In this document: in pieces, positions 10,384 to 20,000 of the stretch
Numbering within the stretch: the stretch's first letter is position 1
Layout: every line of letters begins with the position of its first letter
Assembly (NCBI GenBank): GCA_013115125.1
Contig: JABANN010000017.1
Coordinates: 115,763 to 135,762, forward strand
DNA length: 20,000 nt
Reading direction: 5' to 3'
Source of the DNA: Perkinsus olseni
Taxonomy: Eukaryota
Notes under the pieces: generated by a model
Told to the model about the DNA's origin: nothing
The model's input: the letters and a program-made list of their open reading frames with translations, nothing else
Database searches by the model: none
Program-made: the position numbers and the translations under genes

Positions 10384-11146
10384 GTGAGGTGGTGTGGAAC
10401 AGGCTTTGTTGTTTCCATCGAAGGGATCGTTTTCCTCCTGTTCAATAAACTCATCCCGAAACTCAGAATCGACTCTCATACGTATGCGGTTCCAGCATCG
10501 ATTCCGTGTTTGATACACATCCCCTGCATGAAGAGTGTCCCTACACCAGGTACTGTGCCAAACACGGTGTCTATGCGTCGACCCACCCCCGCCGGAGTAG
10601 TCGACACAATCGAGGAGCAGCTGCGCCCTTCCCAAACGAACGCACATTCTTCTCGACCTTCAGAAGCTTCTACGCCAACTCTGCAACACTACGCTCGAAG
10701 ATGTGACTCCTCACGGCTTCTGTTCCATGCTGGGGTGAAGCTCATCATCATGATAAACTCAGCCGCCGCTCTGTTTGACCCTATCTGTATGATTGTTCGT
10801 ACTCTTGCATGCGTTATGCACTATTGCCTGGTACTGACAGATCTCGTTTGTCTCATTCGAACTCTGTTTCTGAGAGAGAGTTGCTCCGACCCGTGCCCTC
10901 CAATGACACCTCTATTCTCGCGTTCGTCAATTGGTACTCCGCATAAAGTAGATCTCCGGGGAACGCCCTGGCTCCTCCTCCCGAGCCGAACTTACTCCCA
11001 CTGCTGCGACAAGCCTTGAGCCCCGGTGACGCCCCCCTCGGGGTCTGTTTCTCGGAGAAACTTTCTCCCATCGGTCTGACGATCTGTAGTCGGCCTCTGC
11101 TGCTCAGTCCGAAGGCTTTCGCCCGATCATTCCATGACCTCTTACG

Positions 11147-11748
11147 ATGCCTTGTAAAACTAGCAACGGTGGATCTCCCACGCAAACAGCAGGGCCTGTC
11201 GGAGCGGAGGCGTCGCGAAAGGTGGGGAGACGAAGCGAGATGCTCGGAAGACAGGCCCTCTCTCAGGCGACGGAGACGGACGACGATATTGGTTTTTCCT
11301 GTACCGCTTTGGATGGCTTGAACGAAAACGACTTTCCTGACGATGCACTCGCCCTCCTCACCTCCAGAGGGCGCCTACGAGTGGCGGACCGAGGGCTTAA
11401 CGCGTCGGAGATCCTCAAGTGAGTTGTGTCCGATAACCTTTGAGTAGGAAAGTCTTAAAATTTGGGAAAAATTAAAATGAATTAAATAGAAATGAAATTT
11501 CAGTTGCCGCACCCCAATGTAACTGCTGCTGCTGCTGCTGCTGTCTGCTTCAGGTCCCCAAGATTCATCGAAGCCTGCTACAGGCTGGGCCTCAGGCCGT
11601 CCGAAGTCGACCTGTGGCACACACAGAATTACACCAAGATTCCTCGTCCACGGTTCCCGACTTATGCGACGCTGGATGAGGCAGACCTCCCGCTGGACTG
11701 GCGGATATCCTGCCTGGCAGAAGCCCTGTAGGCGAGAGCCTGCTGTTG

Positions 11749-11784
<36 letters not shown>

Positions 11785-14280
11785 GGGAGCATCTCACTGC
11801 TCGTCCAGGAGGGAGTACGATACCATCATGGCAAAGTCGAGCTACGTGACGCAGTCCTTCGACGAGTGGATGTATGGCCGCCCGGCATCAACGATGGGGA
11901 GCTCGGAACGCGGCCGGTCACTTTCTTGCGGTGAGTCGTTAGCTGATCAACTGGCCGAGTTGAAATGGTGATCATTTTCAGGCACTCTCCGGTCTGTAAC
12001 CTCACCTGAGGAGTTCGCCGCGAGCGCTATGACGAGGATGCAATCTCATCTGGCGCGACTGGAGAAGCAGCAGGCCGCCTTTATGGAGAACGAAGCTCGA
12101 AGTGAGTCCACGCTCTGACAAGTTACTGAGGTCTCCTGCCCCAAGGTGGAACTGTCCGGTTTTCCTCCTATTACGACGATCATTCAGGAGAGAGGGCCAG
12201 GTCGAGGAGCGCGCAGACGAGGAAGGAGCGCGATGATCTCATAAATCAGCGTATGATGGCACTGCTCGATAAAGAGCGTCGACAGCAGCTGTAAGCAAGC
12301 TGGGCCACAAACAGTCGTCCAGGCAGAGGCATCCATGGAACGCGACCTGCTGCTTATCGGAGGGAATTGGTCGGGTTTGAGGTCTGCAGAAGCTCCCACT
12401 AGGTACCGTCAGCGAATGGAGCGACAGGCCGAGACCACCAAACGTATGCGGAATAGCAAACGTGGGGACAGGTTCAGGCGGAACAAGGAGCTGCAGGAGC
12501 ATAACCGGTAGGGTCATCTGCCGAGCTGCTACGCGGCTCTGTTACTTTGTTGTTTTACAGTGATGAGCTTCTGCGGACGCGAAGGGATCGTGAAAGGAGA
12601 CTAGCTGAAGCGCTCGCTGCCAGGGTGAGTAATTCACCAGCGATAGCGACGTTGCAGCTGCAATGGGATTACTGACTCTGAGGGGATGCTTCTCGAGTGG
12701 ATCTGGTATCAGGCGGAGTCTCGGCGGGCGAAGAGGGCCGCCCTGCTAGGAGCGGAGAGGCGGAGACAGGCTCGTCGACGAGAAAAGGCGCAAGAGGATG
12801 AGCGCAGGAAGGTGCCTCCTTCGTCGCTGGCGGTACCAGGGTACGCTCCTGGATGGTCAGATGGCCCTCACTGAGGAGCTGCAGGCCAAGGACACCCGCA
12901 GCAGGGATCAGCTGCATCGCAACAAAATGGAGTTCGACGCCTTCGTAAAGGAGGCACAGCGGAAGCGAGCGGTAAGCGCCTTCTGCCAGGCTGAGGTTGT
13001 TACTCACTCTTGTGTAGATAAGCGAGCATCTAGTGGAGCGACGCAGGAGACGAGAGAAGTACCTTCAGAATGCGGACGCCGACAGACAGGTCCTCGAGGC
13101 GGCCTGTGACGTCGAGATGAAGAGGATGACTCTGGTAGGGGGTTGCAGCACCCTCGGCTGCTGTTACCCTGGCTCGAGGCGTGGGCCGCGTCCCTCCACC
13201 TGGAGAAGCCATCAGGGCTCGAATCATCCTATGTGTCCTCCGTCAGGCCATGAGAAGGCAAAGGGCCGAGTACGACCGGCGGAAGTTTCAGAAGAACCAC
13301 GCGATATCTAAGAAGAAAGGGCGTCCGAAGTCAGCCTCCGTGGCGAGTCTACTGCCCTTCGCTAACCCCCACCCAGTGCTACCTCGATCGCCACAGTGGA
13401 GCATCGCTACACGTCTGGCCTGCCCAGCCGGGCTTCAAGACTCGAGTGTGGGCCCGGGGTCCTATGATATACCATCGACTGTGGGGGCTGATCACATCGG
13501 CCCTCGATGGATGCCGGAGTCCGTGGACCGGTTGGAGCTGGCGGAGCGACCGGTACGGTACGAGTCCCCGCTGCCCAGCTCCCCTCCGAGATCACCGAGT
13601 ATGCGGCCTCTACGACGACCTCCACGAGGGGTGGAAAATCCTGGGCCGGGCCACCGGCATGAACCAGTGGGAGTCAACAGACTGCCCCGACCTCGAGATC
13701 CCAGAGCAATTGCTGAGTAGGTTACTCCTGGAGCTCCTTTCAAATGCCGTTCGCCATGCCCCCATCCGTCAGGCACTTCCGTTTACTGATAGAGTCGGGA
13801 AGGCAGCATCTCAGCCTGGTCAGCCAGAGCCGAGTGACTGCAGCAGCCGTAGCGAACGACGCTGGCCGCCGCAGCCGAGGCACCTCACCCCCTCATCCTC
13901 GCCCCTTGTCCAGTCGCAGACGTTCGGTCAGTAGCTTCTGCTCCTCCAGCTCCAGCGGACTCGACGCAGAGATGGAGCGGGCGGCCGCTGAGTTGGCGGA
14001 GCGGGAAGGAGAGGACAATGCCGAAAAATCCTTTCGAGACGTTGCGAGTCCCGGAAAGACACTTAACGACGTGGACAACAACAGTGCTAATCCAGCAGAA
14101 CTTGGAGAAGGTGGCAATAATACCCAACTTGGGAGCGATTCAACGGCCCAACCCGAGAATGCGGGGCCGGGAAGCTCACCGGAATGCGCTCCTCCAGTGA
14201 TACCAGTTGATGAGGGTGAACGAGAGCCTCTCGAGCAGCTAGCGGCGGATGGGTATGAGCCTGACTTCGTAGAAGAGTGA
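11147..14280 (+). CDS. Multi-exon coiled-coil protein with a SHIPPO/STPGR-like PG-rich motif and acidic tail; possibly flagellar or cytoskeletal; start uncertain
   Basis: Chain of GT-AG bounded exons: EILK-SPRFIEACYRLGLRPSEV; E/R-rich helical exons at about 11980-13135; PQWSIATR...SVGPGSYDIPSTVG at 13391-13486; terminal exon ending ...YEPDFVEE* at 14280. Confidence 0.65.
11523..11543 (+). repeat. (CTG)7 microsatellite, intronic, just before a splice acceptor
   Basis: Read directly; followed by TCTGCTTCAG. Confidence 0.9.
11740..11781 (+). repeat. Imperfect (CTG/TTG)14 microsatellite, intronic
   Basis: Read directly; lies between donor GTAGGC (about 11728) and acceptor TCCAG (about 11807). 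Confidence 0.9.
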
Positions 14281-14443
14281 CCAGGTTCGCTTCCACTGTT
14301 CCTCTCCTTACCATAGTGTGATGTGTGTCTGTGACCGAGAGCTTGCGTTGGTCAATCACTCGAGTTGGCTCCTGGCCGGTGCTGGCAAGGAGGCTCGTAC
14401 CTCTCCCCTCGTGGAGTGCATCTTCGAGATCGACTTTCCCCTA

Positions 14444-16875
14444 ATGGCCTCCAGCAGAGGGGACAGACGGGAAGAATCGCCCACGCGGACCTCACCAGGG
14501 TTCAGCCGAATCACTGCCTCGCCATTCGACAGGGTGGGCTGCCGGAGCTGCTCCGTCCAGATGACGGTCTTAATGGCTTTGCAGGGCGCCCTCTCGAAAC
14601 AGCCAGGCTCGGCGGCTCCGTTGGTCCCCAATAAGCAGATCTCAGAGACGCCGGAGTCGGCTGCCGCAGAGGGCAAAGGTTTAGTCGCGACCGTTGACAT
14701 CAAAGCTGTGAGTCCGTCGTTCATTCCATCATCCATGCTCCTAATGACTCCCTTGCAGGTGCCAGAGAACGAGTTCCCTATGGTCCCCTCTGTGCATCCT
14801 CTACCAGCTCACATTCATCAGCATTACCTCAAACCCGGTACGACGCACAACGGGAGTCTCGGCTAGCCCTGGTGTCCTCGGGGAAGCAGCATCGACAAAC
14901 AGTATTCTAGTTCCTTCCGTGATCTGCGATGTCAACCCCCTGTCCGTTGTGTATCCGCAGGTTGAAGATACGGTTCTCTGTGCTTATAAAACTATATGAT
15001 ATTGGATTAATTAGATCATTTTATGATTGTGGAGATGATGTGAAATATTGTTATATTTTTATGTAGCGTCCGAGCATTCTGCTTTCAATTTCTCCCATAT
15101 GGTTCCCAGAGGCGACTTCCGTCTCAGGACGCCATTCAAGTTTACTCCCCAACTCTTCGCATGTGAATGAGAACAACTTCATTGGAGAAGATGGTAAGTC
15201 TGTGGGCATCTCCGCCGACGCGGCCGCGTTCAAGTCAGTCTCCTGCCAGGTACTCTGCTTCGCTCCGCCGTCAGCTCTTTGCCAACTCGCGTCACTATAT
15301 GTGTTCAACCATCGACGGCTGGGCATCATGGTGGGTTCCTTTTCGCTTCGGATGTTGTTGCGTAAGTCTCTGGTCAGGTCCAGCTGACGGTGCAAACAAC
15401 GAGGACTCTACTCCTGGACTAGACCTCAGTTTCCTCGGTGAGGCTTGTCATGCGGGGCTGATCACCGTTCTGCGTTCCCCGAAGGAGCGGCTCCTGCATC
15501 CATCTGTTGAAAATTTGCTTCTCATTGGCACAACGACCAGCTCATCACGGAGTCCGCGCGAGAATTGTCCTCCCCATTTTATGCAAACCCACTGCGTGCT
15601 GGATACCTCGCTGCAATTCCCAGCCACTCCCATTCAACGGTTTCCTTCACATATGCCGCCCTATTTCAGATGCAAGTGGAGATGAGGTAGCTCGAAAACG
15701 GACGCCTTTCTTTTTCCCATTCCCGTGAGAAAGCTATTCTTCACTGCCACTTCTCCAATCCTTCTGGGTCAGGCACGATTCGAGTCTTCTAAACCGATTC
15801 CCCCCATCGAGCATTCAAAGCTGTGTGAGTTTCTCGCTAGCATGGACCCTCTGCGATTATACCAGACACCTACTGCCTGTTATCTCGTGAGGACACCACT
15901 CCCTCAGGAAGTGCGCATCAAGCGACTTGAGAAGCTCGCGACGAGGCTCCACCGGAAGGAGCAGTACTTCGATGGCCTTCATGCGGCGGCTAGGATGAGC
16001 ATGATGCCCTCCGGGTTATGCAATCGTGTGAGTGGCAGTGGACGTTGATGCCATGCGTACAAACTCGGTATGAATCGCGCGCTCTCAGCCAGTCGGGGTT
16101 TCCTGGCGAAGGATAGGACATTGGCCTCTTGGGTTGTCCCCTCGAGAACCTCGGCGGCTGCAAGCGTCGTGGACATTAGGTCTCAGTCTGAGACTCCCAG
16201 GTACCTTTCCGGATCGGCCCTTTCGATCGGGACCCCCACAGCGGCGAGCCGCCAGTCGCTACCGACAGCTGGCCACCTTTTGCCCGGTATGACTCTGAAG
16301 GACTTCTAGGGATGTACGGCAGAGAACTCAGACCGTGAGCCTCCGTGCAGCCGGGGCAGCCCCTCAGGGTATTATAGGTACATTGTCAAGAAGGCTATAA
16401 CCACGTCGACATCCTATCCCGTAACGCTTGAGCGCATCAGCGCCGCTGCCGCCATGGACGAGAAGGCGCCTACGCCAGTAGAGCCAGCTGTACTGTCCTC
16501 GGGAATTCGCCGCTGTGAATCTTTGCCAGCTTTCTACAAGGTGGCCTTCATCCTGCGACCCGAGCTCGGGCCTGCCTCGCAACAGGCTGTTCTCACTCCT
16601 CAGAATATGCAAGCGAACGTTCGGTTGATGCGACGACCACGGCAGATGGCGAACGACGTTCCGATGCAACCGCGGATTCCTGTTACTTGGACTCATCATT
16701 CTAAACTGTCGGAGAGTTTACACTTGTGGAACCCACACGAAGAGAAAAGGTGCCTCAGCTGGCGTGGGAGCCTTCGATTTGTCTTTTCAGTAACTGGGCG
16801 TGGCGCGCTGGCCCGATTCCTCGGCGGGGAACCCCGGCTGCAGTGCTTACGGGTCCTCCGAGAGGAGTATCCTGA
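14444..16875 (+). CDS. Hypothetical multi-exon Pro/Ser-rich protein (could be two genes)
   Basis: ATG 14444 (MASSRGDRREESPTR...) followed by regularly spaced GT-AG introns, with in-frame exons traceable to about 15440 and again in 16454-16875. Middle exons are ambiguous; no recognisable domain. Confidence 0.45.
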
Positions 16876-17404
16876 GAGGCGTTTAAAGAATCAAATCATT
16901 TGCCAAATCAACTCGCATGATGTAACTGAGCTGAAGCTGTCTTGAACACATCTCTGTGCGTCTTGTGTTTCCCAACCCATTGAATATGCACGACGAGGTT
17001 TTCCTGGGCATTTGACTGAAGGAAGCGAATGACTGTGGCTGAGAAATATCAATAGGAAGACAAGTGTGTGTCAGTGTCAAGTCCAACGCCGTCTCCGGCT
17101 TAGGTAGACTTGATGCCGATGTGCTAGCAACTTGCGGTGTTGCGTTGCTCGCTGCCCGAACGCTGCCACAAGGAGCACAAGGGACAGACCGGAGCATCTC
17201 ATTTCCTTCTGGTGGGATCCACTCCTCACCGCGGGGCTGTGTCCAACTACCGAAACACTAGCACTGCCGCAGTGCACCATATGAGGACTCAAGAGGACAT
17301 GTGCGAGGGACAGCACTCCAAAACCACCACTGCAGAGACGCATCAATGAGCTGAGCAGAAAGGATCGTCATACAAAGCTTCATGTTACAGTCATCATGCT
17401 TCAT

Positions 17405-18081
17405 CTAACCACACAGATAGGAGTCACACCACAGGTCTTCGGTGCTTCCAGGCGTACAAGTCGTTCTCGACTGGCTCGACCAGAGCTCCTCCCGACATAC
17501 TCGAGGCCACCCTGATTTCGTAATCGTCGAAATATTCACTCTCGCCAGCCGATGGACGTATGAGGACATATCTTCGAACTTGGTGGCGCTTCCTGCCCAA
17601 TGCACAACCATTGGTGTGCCGTTAATCCTAGACGTTAATGTCACACGGTAATTGATATCAATTTCCCTCGGGTCAACAAATCGGTTCGACCGGGTCGTCC
17701 GCGCATCCCACTGGCCCGCTAAGATCGTCAGATGCTTCTGAAAGCAGACGACCTGATCAGCTTCGCTGTAGAGCCCCGTCTTGTACAGGATCACGGTGTC
17801 CAAGCATTGGCTTGCATATCGGATGGGGTTCATCACGCTGATCGAGGACTCTTGCGGGAGTTCATTATTGACTTCGTGGCTGACGTACTGCAACGCAGTC
17901 TCAGCCAAGGCGTCCTGATCGGCGAGGGTTAGGCCGTACCATGCCGCTTTGCTGAGTAGGGAGTCCAAGAAGAAGTGTCCATTAAGGGTGTTTTTGATGA
18001 TGGCAAAACTAGTGTTGAGCTCGACCTCTGGAGGGTAGTCACGCAGAAGTTCTGCGGCAGAACGGCATCGGCCCCAATGCC
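17405..18081 (-). CDS. Glycosyltransferase-like (GT34, GMA12/MNN10-type) C-terminal exon; possibly a pseudogene fragment
   Basis: The frame is open upstream of the listed ORF: LLRDYPPEVELNTSFAIIKNTLNGHFFLDSLL...LADQDAL...MVVHWAG. This resembles the lNtG.f.irn....fld, EQ.al and H.aG motifs of GT34-like enzymes. Assignment is by motif recall only; no clear DxD exon or start. Confidence 0.5.
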
Positions 18082-18237
18082 CTTAATGTAGGACAATTTC
18101 GCTGCGTGCGAGACCCTATGTGACGTCTACTGGTTGACTATTCGACGAGGACATCGTCAAAGGTCGTCGACATAGGATCATCCTACTCCCCGTCTCCTGG
18201 TTCGATAGCATTCGCTGAGGATGCGTGCAGGTTCATT

Positions 18238-18859
18238 GGAGTTTCACCTGTTTAACACGTAAAACAGTTTTACGCGAAGTGTTTTACACGAAAAACGCGA
18301 TGTGTTGTGTAGTCATATCACTTCGCGTGATAACGCTGGTGTAAAACGCAATAACGCGTTTAACACATGAGTCAAAACGCGTTATAACACGTAGTACGCG
18401 TGATGGCGTTAGAAAAACGCGTTTTTCACTACACGAAAATGTGGCTATTTTAACGCGTTATAACGTTATCCCTATCGGTCTCATATTCGTAGCCTAGGCG
18501 ATCGGCCGCCAAGGGCGGTCTGTGCCTGTCGTATTCATGTAAACCTCGACTTCCTTTATGGCCAGCAAACCGGTATAGGTCTGTAATAATCATCGTATGT
18601 GTAGATTAAGTATTTGAACACCCATGTTGTTGAGATGATGCTCAGGGAGAGTGTCTCTCGTCGCAATGACGAGTTTTTGCTGGGAAAAAATGGAAGTCTT
18701 GGACATAACACCAGGGGCGTTATGATCACGCGTTTTACACCGAGTGTGTATAACACATTTCGCGTTTCACGTGTTGTATGTGGTATTTCAGGCCATAACG
18801 CGTTGTGTTATGCGTTATGCGTTAAACAGTAGCGTTTTACATAACGGGGGTGAAACTCC
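18238..18859. mobile_element. Non-autonomous DNA transposon (MITE), 622 bp
   Basis: Perfect 11-bp TIRs GGAGTTTCACC (18238-18248) and GGTGAAACTCC (18849-18859), flanked by ATT on both sides (18235-18237, 18860-18862). AT-rich, with repeated subterminal AACGCGTT/AACAC motifs and no coding capacity. Confidence 0.8.
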
Positions 18860-19170
18860 ATTGTGTAATCAACTGTGGTGTCCCGTTGATAACAATGGAT
18901 TACCCTTTTTAGTTACAGTTAATTGCTATTATCAACTCTTATACACAACTCATGATTCTCTAACAAAACTTGTATCACGCTAACCACGCTCCCATCATGA
19001 GAGTCTCATGCGTCAGAATACTACTCACATATAATGCCGTGAGTTAAGCATGAATCAGCGGAATCACATAAAGAGCTAGCTGGTGCCGGACGACATCTTT
19101 GACTGAATTTGCAAGCGGCGAGACCGGCCCATCACGGCAGCACAGGTCAGACCTGTGACAGGTTAATTAC

Positions 19171-19908
19171 CTTTTTTTGAGTAAAGGCATATGCTTCTGC
19201 TGAGGTTGAGCCGACGGCTAGTGGAAGCTCTTCTTGCAAGCTGGTCCAGCTGAGAAATCGATACAGTCGGCAAATGGGCCGTTCGCTATCATTCCTATGC
19301 TCCCTTCTCCCCTTCATCTCTCATTACTATTACATATATGAAGAGCCGATCCAGGTGGCTAATAACCGCGTACACTGAAGCGAATTGTTTTCTCTATCAA
19401 TAGCACCACCCGTAAGGATGATATCTGAATGAGCTAAAACCAACGTGGCCTGAACCATCCCTCCTGAAATCTCCTATACTAAAGTACTTGAGATCATCAA
19501 AACGACAATAGATTGATCCGAATGAACATATGAATGCGAATGATCCTTTGATGCATTTCCCAACTCACCAGAAGTACGAATGGGAGGACACCAGCAGTCT
19601 GCGGGCTATCACCTTTCTCTTTGCGGTAGGCCCGCCGGTGCCACACGAGAAGCGCCAATAAGAACACGGTAGCCCCCGGGCTTCTCAAGGTTGATATCCA
19701 CTTCGTCAACCTAGGGACAAAAAACAGAGAGGAGAGAGCAAGATCACTTAGATGGTGATGACGTTACTCATCAGTGGAGACTCCACCGTGGAGTGGGGGT
19801 GAACTCATTGTGACGATGTGAGCAAATTCTGACGCTGCTTACCTCCGGCCAAAGTGACTTGTTCGTTGTCATGCCGCTTGAAGCTATCCATGTGCCAGAG
19901 AGAACAAC
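19171..19908 (-). other. Putative exons of a minus-strand gene entering from the right edge (about 19908-19843, from 19710, 19249-19171)
   Basis: Strong acceptors (TTTTTCCAG, long pyrimidine tract + CCCTAG, TTTCTCAG) and donors (GTAAGC, GTAATT). The first two exons join in frame: VVLSGTWIASSGMTTNKSLWPE-VDEVDINLEKPGGYRVLIGAS. Confidence 0.45.
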
Positions 19909-20000
19909 CTGGAAAAAGGCAAATAGTCTCGCCGAGACTAAGCGGCCGAAACAACAAATTGATGATCGATGCTGAGTCTTCGTCCCCTCCCACATCCCCT

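Noticed and set aside
10384..11146. 211-aa ORF 10384-11019 as a separate gene
   Set aside because: Begins at a splice-donor GTG, has no recognisable domain, and is more likely kinase terminal exon/UTR plus intergenic sequence.
11375..11934. Poly-Ala, poly-Leu and poly-Ser ORFs in the ORF track
   Set aside because: Artefacts of translating intronic CTG microsatellites.
16883..17349. Short overlapping ORFs between the convergent genes
   Set aside because: No motifs or consistent exon chain; probably 3' UTR or intergenic.
18250..18470. Repeated short palindromes resembling a CRISPR or iteron array
   Set aside because: No constant repeat/spacer periodicity; eukaryotic context; explained as MITE subterminal repeats.
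9193..19157. Isolated perfect mini-palindromes (GGTTGAC-G-GTCAACC at 9193, CATGAGA-G-TCTCATG near 18996, CACAGGTC-A-GACCTGTG at 19141)
   Set aside because: Short, unrelated in sequence and near chance expectation for 20 kb.
1..20000. Spliced-leader RNA gene or relic (CCGTAGCCAT-like), rRNA, snRNA
   Set aside because: No match seen by eye on either strand; a covariance-model search could still find weak ones.

Overview
Compact, intron-dense eukaryotic genomic DNA (short GT-AG introns, roughly 50-55% GC). Gene style suggests a Perkinsus-like alveolate (inference). In order: a beta-adaptin (AP-1/AP-2 beta subunit) gene on the minus strand running off the left edge; an intronless SETD3/LSMT-type SET methyltransferase (minus); a divergent cytosolic glucose-6-phosphate isomerase (plus, 9 exons); a multi-exon Ser/Thr protein kinase (plus) whose largest intron holds an antisense tRNA-His(GUG) gene with an atypical U discriminator; a coiled-coil protein with a PG-rich (SHIPPO-like) motif; a hypothetical multi-exon gene; a GT34/MNN10-like glycosyltransferase fragment (minus); and a 622-bp MITE with 11-bp TIRs, ATT target-site duplications and ACGCGT-rich subterminal arrays. 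Exon boundaries were read by hand and need transcript confirmation.
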